Assembly: GCA_964450605.1 (NCBI GenBank)
Contig: CAYVEK010000001.1
Span: forward strand, 72,430 to 136,429
From: an uncultured Candidatus Saccharibacteria bacterium
Lineage (GTDB): Bacteria > Patescibacteriota > Minisyncoccia > Phycocordibacterales > CAIZLB01
Direction of reading: 5' to 3'
DNA length: 64,000 nucleotides
The notes beneath the pieces were generated by a model. That model made no database searches. It was given only the letters and a program-made list of their open reading frames with translations, and had not been told where the DNA came from. Positions 58,004 to 64,000 of this stretch are shown here, piece by piece. Position 1 is the first letter of the stretch. Each line of letters begins with the position of its first letter. Made by a program: the position numbers and the translations under genes.

Positions 58004-58011
58004 GGTATAAT

Positions 58012-58596
58012 ATGAGCATGGAAAAACAGCCACTTTTTGAGAAATATTTTATGCCAAATACATCATATCACGCAAAGTTGATAGATGTAGAATTTGATTT
58101 TAACTTTCAAAATACATGGGTAGTAGATATTCCTTTTTCTGGAAAATTATACATTCAAGATCGTGTGTTTGATCTTCCACAAATATCAAAAAAAATACTC
58201 CCACTCAGTATAGGCTGTGTTGTATCTGAAGCGTATATACCAATGAACCCAAATGGTGTGCTGGTGGGCGCTGTTGGTATTCATATAGAGTCAACTGGTT
58301 TAAGTCGTTTTGAAAAGATAGGTTCTGTTCGAGTTGATTCTGGTATGCTCCAGGTATCGAACATTGATGTTTCATCTATTGATAGAAGCATGTTCAAAGA
58401 AACATACAGTGATGAGTATTCGCATGTACATGAAATAGATGGAAAAGTTGTGGTTGATATATCTGCAGGTTTTGGTGATGGTGAATATCCGGTGTATGTC
58501 GCATATGGTTCTGATAACACGGTGTGTGCGATATATGTTGATTTTCTGTTGTTTGATAGACCGGATGTGGTGGAGAAACTTATTAGTAGAAGTTAA
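58012..58596 (+). CDS. Hypothetical protein (194 aa), possibly DUF4241-like
   Basis: SAGFGDGEYPVYV motif. No other recognisable domain. Confidence 0.4.
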   Translation: MSMEKQPLFEKYFMPNTSYHAKLIDVEFDFNFQNTWVVDIPFSGKLYIQDRVFDLPQISKKILPLSIGCVVSEAYIPMNPNGVLVGAVGIHIESTGLSRFEKIGSVRVDSGMLQVSNIDVSSIDRSMFKETYSDEYSHVHEIDGKVVVDISAGFGDGEYPVYVAYGSDNTVCAIYVDFLLFDRPDVVEKLISRS

Positions 58597-58607
58597 TATA
58601 ATTATAT

Positions 58608-58808
58608 ATGAAATACATAGAAATATTTGATTTTTTAAGACATGTTCTGGAGTTTTTCTTTTTTATGGTCACCGGGCCCTTGGTAACAGCTGTCGCTGTT
58701 AAAAAAATAAGACAAAGAAAAGATCTAAAGCAACAGGTTTTAGAGTTGCAGGAGAGGGTTGTTCAACTTGAAGAAGAAAAAAAGCGGTTAGGAGGAAAGG
58801 TTGAATAG
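58608..58808 (+). CDS. Small TM/coiled-coil protein (66 aa)
   Basis: One TM helix followed by a charged helix. Confidence 0.35.
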   Translation: MKYIEIFDFLRHVLEFFFFMVTGPLVTAVAVKKIRQRKDLKQQVLELQERVVQLEEEKKRLGGKVE

Positions 58809-60092
58809 TTAAACTATTATTTTCATTTGAGTACCTTCGCCTAGTTTACTTTTACATGTGAGAGTTCCAAGAAGATATTTTTCAGTGCAAAATTTTGCAG
58901 AAGATAACCCGATGCCACAATTTGAAGATGTTATATTTTTTGTTGAATAAAATGGATCAAATATTTTTTCCATATCTTCAGGTTTTATGCCAACTCCACT
59001 ATCTCTAACTTCCACTGAAAAAGAATTTACATTTTTAATGTTAACTGTGATATCAATATTTTTTATATTTGTTTCGTACACAGCTTCACAGGCGTTGGTT
59101 ATAAGATTATACAAGATATGATTAAGGATGGTTCTATTTGTGTGAATAGTAGCAGGTGTTGGTGTATGTATTTGTATCGAGATAGCATGTGCTACTGTTA
59201 TGTGACGTATCATATCGCAGATTGTTCGGATATCTTCCACTATTGAAAACGTCTCTTTGGTATCCGTTAAACGTATCTGCTGCCTTGCACCAAGCATGAG
59301 TTGTTCAAGACGATTGTAACTTTGTTTAACAGTGTCTATTCCGGGCACTTGCTCAAGTTTTAGTTTGAGGGACTGTAAGGGAGACATTAAGTCGTGAAAA
59401 AGACCGGCAGATATTTTTCCAAATTCAACAAATCGGTACATATTAGTTATATGTTCCATTTGCATTTGTTTTATTTCTCGAGTTCTTGCTTCCACTGTGT
59501 CGGAAAGAGTATCTCGTTCTAGTTTTAAAGCATGCTCACTACGCAAACTTCTGTTTAGAAGTTTTTGTTGTTCTCTATTTGAAAAGATAATCAAAGTTCC
59601 TGCGTATACAAAGAGTATTGCATACTCGATCATATCATCTATGCGAAAAGGTGTTTGTTTCCAGGTATTTTGAATGTGTAGATATTCTCGTACATAACCT
59701 CCGATCAACATAAAAGCCAAGATTAATCCCAAAAATATATATGTATGTTTTGTGTCAGAAACTAAACTTACAAATATAAGCATTATTATATTTGTCAGAA
59801 GAACTGAAGGCATATCAAAGCCCCAAGATATTCCAGCATAAAAAGACAAAGAAATAGTTGTTATGGGTATATATAAAAAGGCAAGTAGGTTGTGTTTAGT
59901 CTTGCTTAGTACAACAGATGCGAGCGCTCCTATGGTAAATAGACCCATAATAGCTATAGGGGTTCCGGTATAGATTTCTCTTGTTAAGTAACCGTATATA
60001 GCTAAGCACAGGTATATGCACGCCAAAACAGAAAAATATATATTCGTAAAACTGATTAGAAACTGTGTGCGAGGGTTTTTATTTAGTGCCAT
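58809..60092 (-). CDS. Sensor histidine kinase with an N-terminal 6-TM sensor domain
   Basis: H-box FHDLMSPL, N-box ITNACEAV, and G-boxes DSGVGI and GIGLS. Confidence 0.8.
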   Translation of the reverse strand: MALNKNPRTQFLISFTNIYFSVLACIYLCLAIYGYLTREIYTGTPIAIMGLFTIGALASVVLSKTKHNLLAFLYIPITTISLSFYAGISWGFDMPSVLLTNIIMLIFVSLVSDTKHTYIFLGLILAFMLIGGYVREYLHIQNTWKQTPFRIDDMIEYAILFVYAGTLIIFSNREQQKLLNRSLRSEHALKLERDTLSDTVEARTREIKQMQMEHITNMYRFVEFGKISAGLFHDLMSPLQSLKLKLEQVPGIDTVKQSYNRLEQLMLGARQQIRLTDTKETFSIVEDIRTICDMIRHITVAHAISIQIHTPTPATIHTNRTILNHILYNLITNACEAVYETNIKNIDITVNIKNVNSFSVEVRDSGVGIKPEDMEKIFDPFYSTKNITSSNCGIGLSSAKFCTEKYLLGTLTCKSKLGEGTQMKIIV

Positions 60093-60495
60093 TTAAAACT
60101 TCCCGTCGAGCACGCGCTGCCTGAACTATAGACATGAACGCGCCAAGTGTACCTGCTTTTATTTCTAAACAACGGCCTAGTTTATCATCAAAATTTCCTT
60201 GCTGTATTAAGGTCGCTACTCGATTTATTAAAGCTGTCTGAACGTGTATATTTCGACTACCTGTAATTCTTGTTCCTGGCAAAGGTCTTGTTAAAAGCTC
60301 TTCTATTTGATCATCGGCAGATCCTGCTTCTATAGCTCTCACAGTTTTTTCGTTATTTTCTTGTAAACGCGCAGCCCCTCCAGTGGTAGGTCGTTCTGTT
60401 ACGGCTAGTAGTTGATTAAATGCATCATGGTCTAAAAAGCCAGATGTTTCCTGTACAGGCTCAGTGGGTGGGTTTGAAAAAGATTCGAATGACAT
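60079..60495 (-). CDS. Hypothetical cytoplasmic protein (138 aa), co-operonic with the histidine kinase
   Basis: ORF overlaps the kinase start by 14 nt. No recognisable motif. Confidence 0.4.
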   Translation of the reverse strand: MSFESFSNPPTEPVQETSGFLDHDAFNQLLAVTERPTTGGAARLQENNEKTVRAIEAGSADDQIEELLTRPLPGTRITGSRNIHVQTALINRVATLIQQGNFDDKLGRCLEIKAGTLGAFMSIVQAARARREVLNGTK

Positions 60496-60502
60496 AATAT
60501 CT

Positions 60503-60892
60503 CTATTTTACTAGGTTCATATATATTTGTCTATTGATCCATAAATAGTACACGTTTATCAAAAACAACACATTTGCCATAACCGCTCCACCTGTCAAAA
60601 GTCCTCCGTCTAGAAATGCATGAAAGCCAATTATGTTAAGTGTTATAGGCAAGAGAAGAAGTGCTACTACTGCAGTTTTGTTTTTCCATAGAAGTATAAG
60701 AGCGAGTACAAATACCACAGTCATCATCCACATCACATATCCGCTATGCATAAGTATCATGATAAAGTTATACGCCTCGTCTGTTTGATACATGTCTCGA
60801 GTAGGTTCAGGGAAGATGCCAAGTGTTCCGAGTATAGGTGTTGCAAGAAGAAGGGTGAGTAGTATTTTACAAATGATGTTGAAGATTTTCAT
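60503..60892 (-). CDS. Small integral membrane protein (4 TM, 129 aa)
   Basis: Four hydrophobic helices. Confidence 0.5.
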   Translation of the reverse strand: MKIFNIICKILLTLLLATPILGTLGIFPEPTRDMYQTDEAYNFIMILMHSGYVMWMMTVVFVLALILLWKNKTAVVALLLLPITLNIIGFHAFLDGGLLTGGAVMANVLFLINVYYLWINRQIYMNLVK

Positions 60893-60967
60893 ATGGGGTT
60901 AGTATAGCATAAAACAAAAACCCACCACCTCGCGATGGTTGGGTTTCGCGTGGGAGTGGGGTGGGGA

Positions 60968-61198
60968 TTATTCTCTGGAGGCTCGTTCACACGAGGTTGA
61001 ACAATATCCGAAGCCTTGATGCGGTGGTACAACACGGTTGCACCCTTGGAGCGCACACATTCTGATGTGTTCATGACCAGAGGATAGCCACCCTCTATTG
61101 TTACAGGTATGACAACCTTGTCCGTTGCAGTGACTACATTGTCCTGCATCATCGGGGTAGTTCCGATCCTTTGGAATTTGAGTATGTTGAGGGTTCAT
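60968..61198 (-). CDS. Cys-rich zinc-ribbon-like small protein (76 aa) in a GC-rich islet
   Basis: CSHCNGQGCHTC ... CALQGC ... CSTSC give four Cys pairs. About 52% GC. A hairpin and T-run lie downstream on the minus strand (60915-60965). Confidence 0.4.
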   Translation of the reverse strand: MNPQHTQIPKDRNYPDDAGQCSHCNGQGCHTCNNRGWLSSGHEHIRMCALQGCNRVVPPHQGFGYCSTSCERASRE

Positions 61199-61251
61199 GC
61201 ACTACTACTTTATATACCCACAGTGTATTTGTCAATTTATAGATATATACT

Positions 61252-61830
61252 ATGGGTATGAAAGAAACTCTCGCCATCATTGCTACTGTACTTGCCATCA
61301 TTGGAAATGTCTCATATCTGAAAAATGTTATTAAAGGCAAAATAATCGCTCATCCATATACATGGTTTGTCTGGTCTATTGTCTCAGCGGTTACTTTTTT
61401 CGGAGGATTGCAAAAGGGTGCGGGCATAGGAGCGTTGCCTACAGGTGTTGCTGAAGGTTTTACAATTTTGATTTTTATTTTTTCTTTAAAATATGTATTT
61501 GGTAAACATAAAACAGAGCACATAAAAAGAGTAGATACATATTTTTTAATAACGGCATTGCTTGGAATTATTCCTTGGATCATTACTCGCGATCCGACTG
61601 TATCTATTATTGTGGTCGTATGTATTGATCTAGTAGCTTTTGTACCAACACTGCGTAAAACATGGTTTAACCCAGAAACAGAGAAACCAACTCTGTATGA
61701 AATGAATATTGCCCGTCATACACTTACGCTTTTAGCACTTCAGACATATAACATTGCAACCACATTACACTCTGTTGTCATGATTTGTATAAATGCAGTT
61801 ATGGTTGGTTTTGTGAGGAGGGGGAAGTGA
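61252..61830 (+). CDS. Integral membrane protein (192 aa, 5-6 TM), unknown function
   Basis: Hydrophobic helices throughout. Confidence 0.5.
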   Translation: MGMKETLAIIATVLAIIGNVSYLKNVIKGKIIAHPYTWFVWSIVSAVTFFGGLQKGAGIGALPTGVAEGFTILIFIFSLKYVFGKHKTEHIKRVDTYFLITALLGIIPWIITRDPTVSIIVVVCIDLVAFVPTLRKTWFNPETEKPTLYEMNIARHTLTLLALQTYNIATTLHSVVMICINAVMVGFVRRGK

Positions 61831-61835
61831 GTTGT

Positions 61836-61864
61836 TTGACATATCTACTATTTTATGATATAAA
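61836..61864 (+). promoter_or_regulatory. Consensus sigma-70 promoter TTGACA-17-TATAAA
   Basis: ttgacatatctactattttatgatataaa, about 55 nt upstream of the lipoprotein ORF. Confidence 0.6.
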
Positions 61865-61917
61865 CACTATGCCGCTGTTTTTAACAACAACCAAATACAC
61901 TATGGCGGCACCTTGAT

Positions 61918-62244
61918 ATGAAAACTACGCTCCTTCTCCTGGCTGCAACGTGCAGCATCCTCTCTTCCTGCTCTCACCTCAGTGACCGGGGGAAACCCCT
62001 CACCCAGGTCGAAAGCTCCCGGCTTTTCGCCGGAGACCTCAGCCCGGCTGAGCGGCGTATCTTCTTCTGTGAGCGTGAGCTCACGGGGGCCGAGCGTGAA
62101 AAGCTCAATCAAGGTCCGCCCATCTACCAGCATACCGACCACGGGTCTATCATGGTCGGGGGGAGTCGGATCAACCTCCACAGCATGGAAGAGGTCAAGG
62201 CCGGCTGGGCCCGCGCCACGGCACCCAGCGAGCTCCGACCTTAG
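61918..62244 (+). CDS. Small lipoprotein (108 aa) encoded in a 58%-GC islet
   Basis: MKTTLLLLAATCSILSSC is a lipobox (L-S-S-C). Consensus promoter upstream and perfect terminator downstream. GC content far above the genome background. Confidence 0.5.
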   Translation: MKTTLLLLAATCSILSSCSHLSDRGKPLTQVESSRLFAGDLSPAERRIFFCERELTGAEREKLNQGPPIYQHTDHGSIMVGGSRINLHSMEEVKAGWARATAPSELRP

Positions 62245-62268
62245 GGTCCAGAGCCTTCCAAAACTCAT

Positions 62269-62309
62269 CGCCACATTTCCTTCGGGAGATGTGGCGGTTT
62301 TTCTTTTTC
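62269..62309 (+). terminator. Rho-independent terminator
   Basis: cgccacat-ttccttcgggag-atgtggcg followed by gtttttcttttt. Confidence 0.8.
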
Positions 62310-62334
62310 ATTTTTAAACGTACAATATATACAT

Positions 62335-62571
62335 ATGAAAAATGGCACGGTTCATAAAATCCCAAAAGACATGCGAGATGTACTTTCATCAAAACAAAAG
62401 ATGCTAGATATGTGGGAAGACATAACTCCACTTGCTCGCAATGAGTGGATTTGTTGGATAGAGGATGCTAAGAAAAAAGAGACAAGGAAAAAGAGAATAG
62501 AAGTTATGTTGGATAAATTTTTACAAGGTAAAAGGAGACCTTGCTGTTGGGCAGGGTGTCCGCATAGATAA
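62335..62571 (+). CDS. YdeI/OmdA-family small protein (78 aa)
   Basis: W...NEWICWIEDAKKKETRKKRIEVMLDKFLQGKRR resembles the OmdA/YdeI C-terminal motif. Confidence 0.45.
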   Translation: MKNGTVHKIPKDMRDVLSSKQKMLDMWEDITPLARNEWICWIEDAKKKETRKKRIEVMLDKFLQGKRRPCCWAGCPHR

Positions 62572-62583
62572 TGAATAAAATAT

Positions 62584-62952
62584 ATGACTAACACTGAGGA
62601 TGATTTTAAAAATAAATTAACACCAGAACAGTATAAAGTACTACGTGAAAAGGGAACGGAAGCGCCTTTTTCTGGAAAACTTATACATCCAGATAAAGAT
62701 GGTTTATATCGGTGTGCTGCATGTGGTAATGCTTTGTTTAAAGCTGATGCAAAATTTGAATCAGGTACAGGCTGGCCTAGTTTTGATGAAGCTTTGCCAG
62801 GTGCTGTAAAATACGTAGATGACGTTTCTCATGGAATGAAAAGAACAGAGGTGGTATGTTCTTCGTGCGGATCTCATCTCGGTCATGTATTTGATGATGG
62901 TCCAACAAAAACTGGTAAAAGATATTGCATGAATTCAGTTTGTTTTGAATAA
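62584..62952 (+). CDS. msrB: Peptide-methionine (R)-S-oxide reductase
   Basis: CxxC...CxxC zinc site, GWPSF and RYCMNS catalytic-Cys motif. Confidence 0.9.
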   Translation: MTNTEDDFKNKLTPEQYKVLREKGTEAPFSGKLIHPDKDGLYRCAACGNALFKADAKFESGTGWPSFDEALPGAVKYVDDVSHGMKRTEVVCSSCGSHLGHVFDDGPTKTGKRYCMNSVCFE

Positions 62953-63457
62953 CACCATGTCACAAACACCATACAAAAAAATAATACTCGCCGGCGGATG
63001 TTTTTGGGGTCTCGAAGACTTAATCAGAAAACAACTTGGGGTAGTAAACACGGAAGTTGGATACACTGGTGGAGAAAATGAAAATCCTACGTATGAATAT
63101 CATCCAGGTCACGCCGAGGCTGTAGAGATAGAATATGATCCTGAAAAAACATCATACAAAAAGCTTCTTGATTTTTTCTTTCAAATTCACAATCCAACAA
63201 CATTGAATCAACAAGGTAACGACAAAGGTACGTCGTATCGTTCAGCTATTTTCTATGGAGATGAAGAGGAGAAAAAGCAAGCTGAAGATTTTATAAAAAT
63301 AGTAAATGACTCTGGTCGTTGGGGAAAACCAGTTGTCACAACGCTTGAACCATGTAAAGCTTTCTACAAAGCGGAAGAATATCATCAAGATTATTTACAA
63401 AAAAATCCTGGGGGGTATACCTGCCACGCGATTTGGTTTGATAGTTACCTAAAGTAA
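62945..63457 (+). CDS. msrA: Peptide-methionine (S)-S-oxide reductase
   Basis: LAGGCFWG active-site motif and the GYTGG and HDPT-like blocks. Confidence 0.9.
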   Translation: MNNTMSQTPYKKIILAGGCFWGLEDLIRKQLGVVNTEVGYTGGENENPTYEYHPGHAEAVEIEYDPEKTSYKKLLDFFFQIHNPTTLNQQGNDKGTSYRSAIFYGDEEEKKQAEDFIKIVNDSGRWGKPVVTTLEPCKAFYKAEEYHQDYLQKNPGGYTCHAIWFDSYLK

Positions 63458-63500
63458 GAAAGGGATGTCTTTTTAAGATACTGCTGTTATAATAGTAAGT

Positions 63501-64000
63501 ATGAAAAAATTTATTTTTATATTAACACTATGTGTTTTTTGTAATACAGCTATAGCATCTACTGAAAGTGATACCGCTGAGATAAAGAACTCTATAGAAC
63601 AGATTAATACTGCATTTAAGAATAAAGATGTTGCTTTACTAAAACAGTATTCATCTAAGGCAACAAATGAAGTCCTGCTTTTTGATGCTAATAAAGAAAA
63701 AATTAATTGGAATCATTCGTATACATTTGTATCGGCTACACCAAAAGAAACATACTACGAAGTGGCTTTAGTTGAGATAGATACTTTAAAAAATAGCCAA
63801 GATCCTCAGGTGCTTTTATTTGTTAAAGAAGATGGTATTTGGAAAATTGGAATAATTGATACAATACAATATTATTCTGATCAAATGGATCAGGCTAACA
63901 AGAGACCAAATCCTCAAAATTTAAAATCTGATCTAATAGTTAACTCATTTAAAACATCTAGTTCTCCAAACATACTAGATCCTGAAACAAAATTTTATAT
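63501..64000 (+). CDS. Secreted hypothetical protein, 3'-truncated at the window edge
   Basis: ATG at 63501 gives MKKFIFILTLCVFCNTAIAS, a signal peptide, and the frame stays open to the end of the window. Confidence 0.45.
   Translation, partial: MKKFIFILTLCVFCNTAIASTESDTAEIKNSIEQINTAFKNKDVALLKQYSSKATNEVLLFDANKEKINWNHSYTFVSATPKETYYEVALVEIDTLKNSQDPQVLLFVKEDGIWKIGIIDTIQYYSDQMDQANKRPNPQNLKSDLIVNSFKTSSSPNILDPETKFY

Noticed and set aside
60889-61152. 87-aa minus-strand ORF overlapping the Cys-rich ORF in another frame
   Set aside because: It reads through the terminator hairpin and C-tract (giving PHPTPTRNPT). The Cys-pair pattern of the alternative frame is more protein-like. Kept only as an ambiguity note.
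1-64000. CRISPR arrays, rRNA and tRNA genes
   Set aside because: No regularly spaced direct repeats were seen. No 16S/23S signature blocks (such as GTGCCAGCAGCCGCGGTAA) and no cloverleaf-compatible GGTTCGA-containing segments were found in intergenic regions.

Overview
This is a low-GC (about 35-37%) bacterial chromosomal segment with dense, mostly co-directional housekeeping genes and several higher-GC accessory islets embedded between them. The gene content is consistent with a small-genome, Patescibacteria/CPR-like organism, but that is inference only. Stop-codon usage, including TGA at the gatB stop, fits the standard bacterial code. Housekeeping genes include PBP2/FtsI-type transpeptidase, uvrC-like, S41 protease, rplI, frr, rseP, archaeal-type proS, obg, gatB, gap, rmuC, rpmF, nusB, rnc, a DEAD-box helicase, scpA/scpB, a partial dcw cluster (dacB-like, mraY, ftsW, murG), hpf, pepF, tlyA, rlmD-like, msrB/msrA and several two-component and ECF-sigma regulators. 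No rRNA, tRNA or CRISPR array was recognised. The most unusual content falls in three groups. (1) A set of GC-rich (about 48-58%) ORFan cassettes, each bounded by a strong rho-independent terminator and in several cases driven by a textbook TTGACA-17-TATAAA promoter. These lie at about 13.5-15.2 kb, 20.5-20.7 kb, 25.3-26.2 kb, 55.1-56.0 kb, 60.9-61.2 kb and 61.8-62.3 kb, and some share C-tract/G-tract motifs. (2) Giant surface proteins, including a roughly 1,620-aa phage-tail-fibre-like protein with a C-terminal S74 intramolecular-chaperone autoproteolysis domain, a BspA/DUF285 leucine-rich-repeat protein with a peptidoglycan-binding tail, and a Cys-rich 893-aa protein. (3) Unusual domain architectures, namely NusB fused to a Nudix-like domain, a DEAD-box helicase with an N-terminal RGG/GR-rich domain, a bacterial SET-domain protein, and a UvrC lacking the HhH tail. 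All functional calls rest on motifs read by eye and none was checked against a database.
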